DNA of 59,217 nucleotides from a virus (Duplodnaviria; Caudoviricetes): IMG/VR virus record IMGVR_UViG_3300021088_000013, positions 1 to 59,217 of that record; one strand, 5' to 3'. Shown piece by piece: positions 18,410 to 27,423 of this stretch (position 1 is its first letter; each line of letters starts with the position of its first letter). The notes under the pieces were generated by a model. It saw only the letters and a program-made list of their open reading frames with translations, ran no database searches and was not told where the DNA came from. The position numbers and the translations under genes were made by a program.

Positions 18410-19482
18410 CCCGATGATAAGTTGGGGTGCGAAGTAAATCTCACCGTTTTTAATAGCTCACTATCTTCTACGCTTTGTCCCCTAGGCTTTTTGCTACCAG
18501 GCTGTTGGCGAGCTGTGATAGCCATAGGAATCGGAGCTGGCATAAAACCTCGACCACTAGTGGATAATGGGCGCGCAAGGGAGCGTTCTGGAGCTAATGT
18601 CGGCTGCGCCGCAGATGCCCATGATGGTGGCACGGACATACCTAGACCGCCGAGTGGGCGAGCGGTTCCTGTCGCGGCGCGTACTATGGGTGCTCCGCCA
18701 GATGGCATCGCAGGGATGATTGGTGCGGCTACACGTAGGCCGGTATGTATCTCGTTTGCGATCGAGCTCACACCGGAGCTTATACCGAACAAAGGCAGTA
18801 ATCCGAGCAGTCCGATGGGGATTTCGGCAATCATTCCAGATGAAATGAATGATTGGAAAGTGGTGCCCAGAAATCCGCTTCCAAACAGGTTGTTTAAGAT
18901 GTCGCCGATACTAACCGGAGCCGCTGCTGCTGCTGGTCCAACTGCCGCGGCTATGGGATTGCCGGCTGAAGTAGCTGGTGCCAGTTTAGGCAATCCGCCG
19001 GTAGCGGCCGACGACATTCCTTGATAGGTGCCCATAGCAGCGACATCTTGTGCCCACATAACCATGTACTGAGCCTCAGTAGCTGCGATCGCTGCAGTAT
19101 TCTGCCCGAGGAAATTCGTGGCCACTAGAGCCGTGAGCTGCATGCGATTGGCGGTGACCATAGGCAATGGCACCATGGCCGCTCGAGCAGCTTCATAGGC
19201 CCCGGCTGCCATCTGAGCCTGAGCGCCTGTGAGTTCAGCGTGCATGGCCGCCTGGGTTAACCAGGCACTATGACTGCTAGATGCCGCAGCCATAGCGATA
19301 GCAGAGGGTCCTAGCCATGTACCCAATAACGTCACTGTGACGGAATTCCATACAGTGGCAGCAGCTTCAAGTTCAGCGCCTAAAGATTCCCACGACAAGG
19401 CAGCAGCTATAAGGGGAGCCGAACCTGGCCCCATCATGATCCGAGCTGAGTTAATCTCCGGGGGGAGCGCCGCGTAGTCCAC
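18406..19482 (-). CDS. PPE family protein, SVP subfamily
   Basis: MDYAALPPEINSAR...GPGS, WxG (WLG), ATNFLGQNTAAIAATEAQY..MWAQD, and C-terminal GMSVPPSW. GTG start at 19482 with GGAGA SD. Confidence 0.95.
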   Translation of the reverse strand: MDYAALPPEINSARIMMGPGSAPLIAAALSWESLGAELEAAATVWNSVTVTLLGTWLGPSAIAMAAASSSHSAWLTQAAMHAELTGAQAQMAAGAYEAARAAMVPLPMVTANRMQLTALVATNFLGQNTAAIAATEAQYMVMWAQDVAAMGTYQGMSSAATGGLPKLAPATSAGNPIAAAVGPAAAAAPVSIGDILNNLFGSGFLGTTFQSFISSGMIAEIPIGLLGLLPLFGISSGVSSIANEIHTGLRVAAPIIPAMPSGGAPIVRAATGTARPLGGLGMSVPPSWASAAQPTLAPERSLARPLSTSGRGFMPAPIPMAITARQQPGSKKPRGQSVEDSELLKTVRFTSHPNLSSG

Positions 19483-19741
19483 ATATTCTCCAGAATGCAA
19501 TGTGGAAAGGGTCAATCTTTTCCGGTAGAAGATTCAATAGATGCGCCCCAGTAGCCCCTACTACCAGCCAGCATCCGATACGACCTAGGGGGCGATCTAG
19601 CCAGCGATCGAACGAATGGCTCATCATCGGATATGATCCGCGCGTAAGCATTGCTTCTGCCACTGCGATGTATACAACAAGACCAGCCCAAGCACAGGTA
19701 TCCCTAGGGACTGTCGTTAAACGATCTCCTAAAATCGTCAT
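19451..19741 (-). CDS. membrane protein (2 TM)
   Basis: Two hydrophobic helices; HLLN...DP motif. Confidence 0.7.
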   Translation of the reverse strand: MTILGDRLTTVPRDTCAWAGLVVYIAVAEAMLTRGSYPMMSHSFDRWLDRPLGRIGCWLVVGATGAHLLNLLPEKIDPFHIAFWRICGLRGAPPGD

Positions 19742-20199
19742 CGCAAATGTCTCCTCGCTTCTGCGATCGCTGAACGTGTTGCTAAATACTCTTGTGCCGA
19801 AACTTTCACCATGACAGTCTCAGACTCTTTCGTTGGCCGCATCCGGGCTGCGATCGCATCAACCACATCGATCAGCGTTTCCGTAGCACTACGAAGTGCT
19901 CTCAATGATCGTCGCTGCTCTTCGTAGTCTTCGCGGAGTTCCCGATATCGTTTGGCCGCGGAGTCCAGTGCTGTGCGCTGTGCGATGACCTGAGCCCTTT
20001 GTAACAGGTCAGACTCGTGAGCTGCTGTTTCCTGTTTGAATTTCTCGCTTTCCTGTGTAGCTCTTTCGGTTTCTGCCTGCTGGCGCGCTATCTCCGCTTT
20101 ACGGCCAGTGCGAGTGAGAATGAATTGCAGAACACCCCAGCCGCCCGTTCCTGAAACCAAAGCGACGATTACTGTGACAGCAACGTTCACATCTGACAT
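19738..20199 (-). CDS. N-terminal TM plus coiled-coil protein
   Basis: MSDVNVAVTVIVALVSG... followed by a heptad-rich region. Confidence 0.75.
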   Translation of the reverse strand: MSDVNVAVTVIVALVSGTGGWGVLQFILTRTGRKAEIARQQAETERATQESEKFKQETAAHESDLLQRAQVIAQRTALDSAAKRYRELREDYEEQRRSLRALRSATETLIDVVDAIAARMRPTKESETVMVKVSAQEYLATRSAIAEARRHLR

Positions 20200-20699
20200 C
20201 CACTCTCCCGGGAAGCATATCGATTCCCCCGGTCGATTTGCATGATGCGTCGCATGCTGCGAGCGGTGAACATAGCACCCCCGGCGACACCCATCATTAG
20301 GAACGCAAAAACGTAAATCTCCTTGGCCCACCATCCAGTCATAACCATGGATGACACATAGACCAATACGTTTCCCCACACACCCGAATCTCCACACAGC
20401 TGTAGCCATGCAGCCCCATATGCCGGATTCGGGCGTCCAGGTTCAATCTTTGCTGACAGTGTGGTTAATCGTCGACCAATCAATGTTAGCATCGGACAAA
20501 TAAGATTGATCAAAACCCAGGCATCGTAATAGTTTGGGCCCAATTCAGCACTAACATATTGAACATGGAAATCAGGGAAGAAGATTAGCAACACAGATGT
20601 TACTGTGAATATTACATAGTACATAGACTGAAAGGTTGATATTGACTCAGCATCAAGTCTGCGTAGCCATACTAAAAGCATTCTAACAAATGAACGCAT
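20187..20699 (-). CDS. membrane protein (about 4 TM)
   Basis: Four hydrophobic stretches; TGATG coupling to the upstream gene. Confidence 0.75.
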   Translation of the reverse strand: MRSFVRMLLVWLRRLDAESISTFQSMYYVIFTVTSVLLIFFPDFHVQYVSAELGPNYYDAWVLINLICPMLTLIGRRLTTLSAKIEPGRPNPAYGAAWLQLCGDSGVWGNVLVYVSSMVMTGWWAKEIYVFAFLMMGVAGGAMFTARSMRRIMQIDRGNRYASRESGCQM

Positions 20700-21148
20700 C
20701 AGCGTCTTGTAATGGCTGACCGAATTAACATATCGGCTGATATGTACATCATGAACGGTGCCTCCATCAGTCCAGTATGGGCGCTGAGTCCCTGAGCTCC
20801 GATGAGAAATGCTGCCACCCAAAATGACACTGCGCCGAGAAGTAATACTATCGAGATAAATTTCTTCGAGCGAAGCCATATCGCTACGGTAAGACATGTG
20901 CCCAGTATGAGGCATGTGACTCCTATCCCAAAGCCGCCATGCGGTATGTACTTAAAATACGACCATGTCGGCCCAAACCAGTCGGATGGTGCACCTAGGA
21001 ATATAGCACCCAATATGTAGTAGAATATTACTCCACCCCGATGGGTCCACCACTGCATCCATCGAAGTTCGGAGTACCCCAGTAGAGAATCCTCCGGTCT
21101 GTACTTTCGATGCCTTACGTATCGACACAGTTTAGGGAAAATTCTCAT
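20699..21148 (-). CDS. membrane protein (about 4 TM)
   Basis: Four hydrophobic stretches. Confidence 0.75.
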   Translation of the reverse strand: MRIFPKLCRYVRHRKYRPEDSLLGYSELRWMQWWTHRGGVIFYYILGAIFLGAPSDWFGPTWSYFKYIPHGGFGIGVTCLILGTCLTVAIWLRSKKFISIVLLLGAVSFWVAAFLIGAQGLSAHTGLMEAPFMMYISADMLIRSAITRR

Positions 21149-21552
21149 CCATTTTCTTTACGCTCGAAAATCTCTACCTCCAGCATCCTGGCCTGTTCTT
21201 GCATGGCTGATAGAACGGTATAGGTCTGCTGAAGAACAGGTGTCTCTACATCCTGCTTAAGTTTTATCGTGTCCTGTATGGCTCGCATAGCATGCTGCAC
21301 AGCCTCAAGCTCATACTCCATCGAGGTAGTGAGTAAGCGATGCTGCGCAAGCTTGAGCGCCTCGGCGGCGACTTCACGCCTATGGGCATCGTCCTGCGCC
21401 CTACCCCTGCGCTCGTCTACAGATCGCGCCCTGCGTTGGAAGAACATCAGGGCAAGCGGACTCAGTGCAGCAATCACTAATGCACTGATCGCTAATATTA
21501 TCGATATATTCATATGACTCACATTCATGGTGTATGCTAGCTCACTTTCCAA
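21145..21552 (-). CDS. N-terminal TM plus coiled-coil protein
   Basis: IILAISALVIAALSPLALMFF followed by charged helices. Confidence 0.7.
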   Translation of the reverse strand: MESELAYTMNVSHMNISIILAISALVIAALSPLALMFFQRRARSVDERRGRAQDDAHRREVAAEALKLAQHRLLTTSMEYELEAVQHAMRAIQDTIKLKQDVETPVLQQTYTVLSAMQEQARMLEVEIFERKENG

Positions 21553-21553
21553 T

Positions 21554-21620
21554 TAACGAGCTCGTTATTAACCACGCTTCTGGTAACTTGTTTGACATCG
21601 ACCTATTGATTTGATAGATT
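21554..21620. promoter_or_regulatory. Divergent control region: 14-bp palindrome and + strand SigA promoter
   Basis: TAACGAGCTCGTTA (21554-21567); TTGACA(21592)-17-TAGATT(21615). Confidence 0.65.
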
Positions 21621-21660
21621 AGTTCCTTCACCCATTCACCAACCCTTAGGAGTCTATCCA

Positions 21661-22014
21661 ATGACTGCTGTAGATGAAGCCTTTACCCAAGAATCCCCCA
21701 AGCAGCGCGGATGGCCTAAAGGCAAGCCGCGGGGGCATCGCAGTTTTTCTGCTGCTCCATCATTCCGCCAAGAACTACTGAACAAAGATCTAGCTGAATA
21801 TGTCGGTGATCTTACCGGCGTAGAGGTATCTGACGAGCAGGTACGCGCTGTGCGCTTCGCGCTACCAAAATGGGCAGCCCGTGATGAGACTAAAGCACTG
21901 CGCAACAATGCAGTCATCGAAGAGGGGAAAGCTCGACTCGCAGACAAACGCTCCAAACTTGAGCATGAGCTAGCCAAACTGAACTCCACCCTAGGTGAAC
22001 TGGACGCTCACTGA
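21661..22014 (+). CDS. AT-hook-like plus coiled-coil protein
   Basis: AGGAG SD; RGWPKGKPRG; C-terminal coiled coil. Confidence 0.75.
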   Translation: MTAVDEAFTQESPKQRGWPKGKPRGHRSFSAAPSFRQELLNKDLAEYVGDLTGVEVSDEQVRAVRFALPKWAARDETKALRNNAVIEEGKARLADKRSKLEHELAKLNSTLGELDAH

Positions 22015-22256
22015 TTGAGCTTTGAAGGCAGGAAGCTCGCTGGCATCGTATTCGGCGCTGCTTGGCTGGATAGACTAGCTAACACAGACATCGCAGCGCC
22101 GAATACGGCAGACGTAGCCACAGCTTCCCAGGGAAGAGAGTGAAGTGTTTGCACACCCTCACTTCCAAGAATTCCGACTGCGGCACCTGCCGCAGCGTGC
22201 ACCGCTTGTGTGAAAGTGCGCAGCCAGAAATCCCGGGTGAACAGTGGATCGGTCAC
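22008..22256 (-). CDS. holin (r1t-like)
   Basis: LFTRDFWLRTFTQAV... with 2 TM; downstream of lysB. Confidence 0.8.
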   Translation of the reverse strand: MTDPLFTRDFWLRTFTQAVHAAAGAAVGILGSEGVQTLHSLPWEAVATSAVFGAAMSVLASLSSQAAPNTMPASFLPSKLNQ

Positions 22257-22257
22257 G

Positions 22258-22452
22258 CTAAGCCTTGACAGGAGCTGGCTTATTCGGCGTCAACCAGGTA
22301 GCTATTGGGGTAAGGACTGCTAGGACCACACCGACAACGGCTTCCCACTGTGCCGGAACAAAAGGCAAATTGTGAGTAAAGGTAAGCACGGTGAGAACCA
22401 TACCCAGCGCTGCGGCCAGGGCTTTCTTCGCGCTAGACAGTTGAGACAACAT
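22258..22452 (-). CDS. holin-like membrane protein
   Basis: KALAAALG...2 TM...TWLTPN. Confidence 0.75.
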   Translation of the reverse strand: MLSQLSSAKKALAAALGMVLTVLTFTHNLPFVPAQWEAVVGVVLAVLTPIATWLTPNKPAPVKA

Positions 22453-22467
22453 ATGGTTTCCTATCTT

Positions 22468-23319
22468 CTAGATTTGTCCGAGGATCCAATTAATCATCGG
22501 GGGTACAAACGGCCCATACTGCCAGTGAGGCGCAGCAGGTCCAGCCGAGGCGAACTTCATACCGTTAAATATCGCATGAACTAAGGCCAATGTGTTGGAC
22601 AGCGGGTACTCAAATTCTTGCACTATACCTTTGGCTACGGCCAACATCCCAGTTAAAAGAGAACCGGACTCGATAAATCCATAGATGCGTGTCTCAATCT
22701 GGCCCACAAGAGGCTCAGATTTCCATGGTGTATCGCCTACAGGTGCCGCTGCGTACAGATCCCCATCTAGAGCGCATGATAGCAAAAAGTCCGGAGTTTG
22801 GTCGGGGGTGAGGCATGTCGGGCCCGCGATGCCACCAGTTGTTTCACTGTCGAGTTTGGTAGGAGCAGGGAAACCCGCCACCTCGTTTCCGTGAGCTATC
22901 CCCGGGCAACGGCGAGGATCGCCAAAGTTGATAATACCTTTAACATCAGCTAAGCGATCGTGATGGACACCGGATGGGGAGAGGATATCTTTCACCCAAA
23001 CCTCGTCAGTTACTAGAGCGCCTTGACTATAACCAGACAGAAACAACGGTGTGCCTTTAGGCCTCATGCCGATCTGGCGGTTGACCTCGGATCGACCAGC
23101 TTCCACGGAAGGATTCATGGGGAATACCGCAGCTGGATACCCTATTGGTTGCCACTCAACTGGTGGCAGAGGTGGAGGCAGTAGTCCATCGATTTTGTTG
23201 GATAGCACTTCCCATGGATTAATCGCGAAAGCACGGCCAATATCACCAGAGAACCCGGGGCCGAATGGATCGGCTACACTAGTCCCTTCTACGGTAATTA
23301 GTAAAGGCCGGATCGCCAT
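22468..23319 (-). CDS. lysB: Lysin B (cutinase-like mycolylarabinogalactan esterase)
   Basis: TVEGT, GYPA, GYSQGA, FGDPRR, GDLY, H..Y. Confidence 0.92.
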   Translation of the reverse strand: MAIRPLLITVEGTSVADPFGPGFSGDIGRAFAINPWEVLSNKIDGLLPPPLPPVEWQPIGYPAAVFPMNPSVEAGRSEVNRQIGMRPKGTPLFLSGYSQGALVTDEVWVKDILSPSGVHHDRLADVKGIINFGDPRRCPGIAHGNEVAGFPAPTKLDSETTGGIAGPTCLTPDQTPDFLLSCALDGDLYAAAPVGDTPWKSEPLVGQIETRIYGFIESGSLLTGMLAVAKGIVQEFEYPLSNTLALVHAIFNGMKFASAGPAAPHWQYGPFVPPMINWILGQI

Positions 23320-23672
23320 TACGCCGCTGGTTTCTTGTAATTCACCGACAGTGGTTCATCATCATTGATGTGCGGGCTCGACATGAGGAGCGCCTTAGTC
23401 AGGGTGGCAATCATGTCGAAAACGTCATAGGAGTTACCGTCGGGCATAGTGTGTTTACGGGTAAAGAGTTTCGCCAAGCTGGCAGAGTGATCCAAAGCGG
23501 ATGCCGACTCATTGGACCCCTCAGCGAATGCGTAATCCTTACCGAGGCCAAATAGGTGCGCTTCGTAGAACATGGCAACCTTACGCCACGGCAGTTGATT
23601 ACCAGCTCCATCCAAACCGTCTATCTGATCTGACACGGACTGCGGGGTGGCGTTAACGTTTGGACTTGTCAT
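23319..23672 (-). CDS. hypothetical protein in lysis cassette
   Basis: GGAG SD; N-terminus resembles the LysA C-terminus. Confidence 0.7.
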   Translation of the reverse strand: MTSPNVNATPQSVSDQIDGLDGAGNQLPWRKVAMFYEAHLFGLGKDYAFAEGSNESASALDHSASLAKLFTRKHTMPDGNSYDVFDMIATLTKALLMSSPHINDDEPLSVNYKKPAA

Positions 23673-23684
23673 TAGGTTGCTCCT

Positions 23685-23846
23685 TTAGATGGTTATTCCT
23701 GCTGTATATAAATGGTCACAGACATGACCACGATTCTTACAGCGTTTAGCTAATCGACTTAGTGCGACAGCTGGCGGGAATTCCCCGATGGGACGAACAA
23801 TCTCTCTATCCCCACATATCAAACAACGTTGCATAGGTAATGTCAT
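23685..23846 (-). CDS. small Zn-binding protein
   Basis: MTLPMQRCLICG...C...H.C; ATGA-coupled to lysA. Confidence 0.5.
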   Translation of the reverse strand: MTLPMQRCLICGDREIVRPIGEFPPAVALSRLAKRCKNRGHVCDHLYTAGITI

Positions 23847-25309
23847 GATTTTGGCTCCGTGTAACCGGGAATCTTCAACGCAGCGCCGATATCCGCCAAA
23901 GCGTCGACGATCGAATGATTGTTTATTTGCGGCCAACCTGCGCCGTTGATACCGCGCACCTGATCCCAAATTTGACTAACCTGTGTTGCTTCATCAGCTG
24001 GCTTGACCGGAACCGGCGGTGCGGGTACTGGTGGTATCGGAGTCGGAGGCACAGGTGTCGGCGGAGCTGGAACACCGATACCCATAGCTGCGGCGAACTG
24101 GGACGGCGATAAACCGTCGGCGGAGTTCATGTCGCAGTTACCGAACGGAGTCACCCCTTCCGGTAGCCCTCCACCGTAGCCGTTACCGTCTGTGTACTGA
24201 TGAGCGATCTGGCCAGGAAGGTTTGGGTTAGATCCGTAGCCTGCAGCGATGATTCGCAGCCCGGGTGGCCGTGTAGGCCACATGGTGTTGAAGTCGTTAG
24301 TGTTGGCGTATCCGATTACACGCGCTTGATTGCTGAGCCATTGACCTAGTGTGAAGTAATCACTATTCAGCTGCGCAGACACGTCGACGTTGGGGTTACC
24401 ACCCGATTCAACGTCCATCATTGAGGTCATCATAGGATGTGGACCACCAGCTGCGGAGACTAGCTTCATGTGGTTATTGACAGCATCGGTGCCGGGTCGC
24501 CAGTAGTAGTAAACAGTAAAGCCTTTAATGCGTCCCTGGTTAGCTGCTCTAGTGCACCAGGCATAGTTGGCTGAAAAGTTAGTGTCTACATGATCCCCGT
24601 CATTGGACCGAATACTGATCCATTCGTACGGCCACGACTGGCCCGCATCCTGGTAGCTAGCTGTTGTGTAGGAATCATTGACAGGCGGCTGGAATTCCGA
24701 GACGTCAGCGAATAGAGTGTCCGGCGCCTCGGTGAGACGTGTTACCACCACACCGGATGATGGGCCAGTAACTAAGGGAGTACCGTCTTCGATGATTGGC
24801 CCGGGTAGATACCACCAATTGTTGGCCCCATACTGTCCATTAACACCGTCCACAGTATGAACGTCTAAAACAGTATCAGTGAAGTTAACTCCGTCATCAA
24901 GAACGGTTCCACTATCTCCGTTTGTTTCAATTTTGAGATTGTCCAACTGACACCATGTGTGACTATTTGCACCTCCACCAGGACCGTGATGGAAAGCAAT
25001 TTTCACTGTGGCATCTGCAGGGAATTGACCCGGATCACTGACCATGATAGTTCCGAATGGCCCGTTTCCCGGATCCGCACCGCCGCCCATGCTCTGGGGG
25101 CGCCAGGACTCTGTGGACAGTCCATGTCGCGACCAGGCCATTGCGGTCCCGTTTATGGCGGCGTCGAGAATGTCTACCACACAGCCAGAACAGTCGGTCC
25201 CGGTTGCCTTATTGAATGGATCCCAATTACCTCCGTAGACATAGGGATCGTTCCAACGATCATAAGCGATTACCTTGGCGAACTCTATATGATTCCTTGG
25301 GACGCTCAC
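23843..25309 (-). CDS. lysA: Lysin A: NlpC/P60-like peptidase, GH25 muramidase, Pro linker, C-terminal domain
   Basis: YVYGG...DCSG...SHT; ADVSEFQ...DVESGG...HQYTDG...DMN. Confidence 0.92.
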   Translation of the reverse strand: MSVPRNHIEFAKVIAYDRWNDPYVYGGNWDPFNKATGTDCSGCVVDILDAAINGTAMAWSRHGLSTESWRPQSMGGGADPGNGPFGTIMVSDPGQFPADATVKIAFHHGPGGGANSHTWCQLDNLKIETNGDSGTVLDDGVNFTDTVLDVHTVDGVNGQYGANNWWYLPGPIIEDGTPLVTGPSSGVVVTRLTEAPDTLFADVSEFQPPVNDSYTTASYQDAGQSWPYEWISIRSNDGDHVDTNFSANYAWCTRAANQGRIKGFTVYYYWRPGTDAVNNHMKLVSAAGGPHPMMTSMMDVESGGNPNVDVSAQLNSDYFTLGQWLSNQARVIGYANTNDFNTMWPTRPPGLRIIAAGYGSNPNLPGQIAHQYTDGNGYGGGLPEGVTPFGNCDMNSADGLSPSQFAAAMGIGVPAPPTPVPPTPIPPVPAPPVPVKPADEATQVSQIWDQVRGINGAGWPQINNHSIVDALADIGAALKIPGYTEPKS

Positions 25310-25659
25310 TTATGCTCTCCGAACGGAAACGGCAAAAGCCCCTTGATTGCTTGTGCAACGGCTTGAGCCAAAGAGACGGTATCTATGGTGAAATGATCCA
25401 TAGTACTAGTTATAGTACCGCCAATATCGCCGACCACTTTGTCGACATTTCCAGCGGCATTAGTGATAACTTGCTCAACCCCACTGACAACCTGTGATGT
25501 CAATGTGGTGATGATAGTTGCGCTCTGCTGCTCAATGGCCTGAGTAACAGCATGTTCAAGATCGCCAAGATGAGCTGCCAGCTCGGCAGTTACCAACTCG
25601 GCGATTACGTCAACCGCCTTCTGAACACGATCATCTATCCATTGAGTGATACTGATCAT
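25306..25659 (-). CDS. hypothetical helical protein
   Basis: Coupled ORF upstream of lysA. Confidence 0.65.
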   Translation of the reverse strand: MISITQWIDDRVQKAVDVIAELVTAELAAHLGDLEHAVTQAIEQQSATIITTLTSQVVSGVEQVITNAAGNVDKVVGDIGGTITSTMDHFTIDTVSLAQAVAQAIKGLLPFPFGEHK

Positions 25660-25833
25660 CGCACTAATCCGTTTGGCCAGTCCATCTTATGCTGTATCCA
25701 CCACACCAGCAGTACAGGAGAAGCCACGATAGCAGCTATACCACATAACGTCCAAATAATCGGAAGCGTTATCGCAGCCACAACTGTACCGACAGCGTTG
25801 CCTAACTCAATAGAAATTGGCACTGTAACACCG

Positions 25834-26181
25834 TTAAGCAGAAGGTGCCGGAGCAGGCGGCTCGAGTGCGTCAAGAGCAGCCACGGCGGCAGTAAGTTCA
25901 GTCTCGTCAGCAGCCGGTAGTGGTGTTGCCTGGTTGGCTAATAGTTGGGCAATGTAGCCTTTAAGAACACCGACTGCTGCGGTGATCTCAGAGGTGAAAT
26001 TGTCCAGATCAGCCTGGGCGATCTGAACCATTCCGGTGGGAGTTGACATTTCAGTTTCCTTTACTTGTTGGGGAACTAATTTTTGAAGATCGACCAAGGC
26101 GGAACGAAGAGCCTTGGTATCAGCCTGAGGGAGAGGCGTAAGAGCTTGTGTAAACGCCTTCCAAAAGTCTGACCAGCTCAT
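25834..26181 (-). CDS. hypothetical protein
   Basis: Coupled to the PLD gene; possible internal start at MSTPTG. Confidence 0.65.
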   Translation of the reverse strand: MSWSDFWKAFTQALTPLPQADTKALRSALVDLQKLVPQQVKETEMSTPTGMVQIAQADLDNFTSEITAAVGVLKGYIAQLLANQATPLPAADETELTAAVAALDALEPPAPAPSA

Positions 26182-26732
26182 GATTGGCCTAGCATGTGTG
26201 AGTGAATGTGAGCGATCCGAATTCTAGCTTCGTTCGCCTCGATCGGATTATAACGTATGGTCAGCTCATTGTCCTGTAGGTGCTCAGCTGCATCTGACCA
26301 ATTGGTGCTTCCGCTGACGAGCCATACGCCATCAACGACCATGAGCTTCATGTGCATGATGCGACCATGCTCACTCGATCCGATTGCAACGCTCGTGTTA
26401 GGGTACTTTTCCTGCTTCAGTATGGCAGCTTCATGCACACCACCAGCCTGCGATTTGTCTAGCGTAAGCTGAACAAAGCATGACGAATCAGTGAGTTTCG
26501 ATTTGATGGCATCGGCAAGCTCTTGATCGTCATACCCAAACATCGCCACTATCAGTTCCTTGTTGGCCGACTTGGCGATATAGATCAGCGCGCCGTGCAA
26601 ATCATCTACCGGTGAGTAGAAGGTTCGGCTATCGGGCGCGTAACCGGCAGCGAAGCCGCCAGTCTTGAACTGATCAAGCACGCTCAGGTCATCGAGAGGG
26701 TGCTTCGCGCCACCTGATTTCAGCATTATCAT
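26178..26732 (-). CDS. Phospholipase D / Nuc-family single-HKD protein
   Basis: HMKLMVVD (HxKxxxxD)...SGSTNWS...NEL. Confidence 0.9.
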   Translation of the reverse strand: MIMLKSGGAKHPLDDLSVLDQFKTGGFAAGYAPDSRTFYSPVDDLHGALIYIAKSANKELIVAMFGYDDQELADAIKSKLTDSSCFVQLTLDKSQAGGVHEAAILKQEKYPNTSVAIGSSEHGRIMHMKLMVVDGVWLVSGSTNWSDAAEHLQDNELTIRYNPIEANEARIRIAHIHSHMLGQS

Positions 26733-26932
26733 TCCGATATCTCTTCCGGTATTCTGACGCCGCAATCGTAGCAAGTTCGCAGATTGAATCCATTGCTGAC
26801 ACCGGTATCTGACAGCATGTATATGTGTAGCTCATAACCGCTGGGTTTCAAGCATTTCTGGCACCACAGTCCGGTTGTTAATTTTCCAGGCACCAGATGT
26901 ATCAGAAAGCTAGACTTATTCATTGTTCCCAT
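26729..26932 (-). CDS. small Zn-ribbon protein
   Basis: WCQKC...CYDC. Confidence 0.6.
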   Translation of the reverse strand: MGTMNKSSFLIHLVPGKLTTGLWCQKCLKPSGYELHIYMLSDTGVSNGFNLRTCYDCGVRIPEEISE

Positions 26933-27224
26933 TCGCGATACGGATACTCGCTATCGCTGCGATCAGCATAAGCGGAGCAATCGACCAGATGACAGCGAAC
27001 ATGATTGAGTTCATTTGAATCCATCATCCGTCAAGTAACCTATATGATACCAAATAGGCTTGCGCAGCAATCTGCCGTATATGAATCTTTTCCACCATGG
27101 ATCAGTAGAAAACAGTAAGTTTAATTTCCCATTTCGGTCGTACGGTGACATATTCATTCTCATCCCCAAGCTCTAAGCGGTATCAGTGGAAACAGCACAC
27201 GACCATCAGTCATCTCAATCTATT

Positions 27225-27422
27225 TTAAGCCAGGTCGGTACGCTTGAGATTCCTGACGGCCTGATCAAATTTTTCCATCACCATTTCAAGATCGGTGCTC
27301 GACCAGATGGACTCACCGTTAGGCTCAAAGATAGCTTGGTTGTAATCCCGGCGACGCCGATCTTTAGTCGGACCATCCGTCGTGAGGAGCCGGACAAACT
27401 CGGCTCGTAGTGTGTCGTTCAT
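27225..27422 (-). CDS. hypothetical protein
   Basis: Packed ORF. Confidence 0.55.
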   Translation of the reverse strand: MNDTLRAEFVRLLTTDGPTKDRRRRDYNQAIFEPNGESIWSSTDLEMVMEKFDQAVRNLKRTDLA

Positions 27423-27423
27423 G

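Noticed and set aside
18422-19024. 200-aa + strand ORF and similar antisense ORFs in the tape measure, terL and primase genes
   Set aside because: Shadow frames of well-supported minus-strand genes, with no recognisable motifs.
19451-19741. 96-aa ORF upstream of PPE as its PE partner
   Set aside because: Right size and position, but no N-terminal PE motif or YxxxD/E signal, and it has two TM helices.
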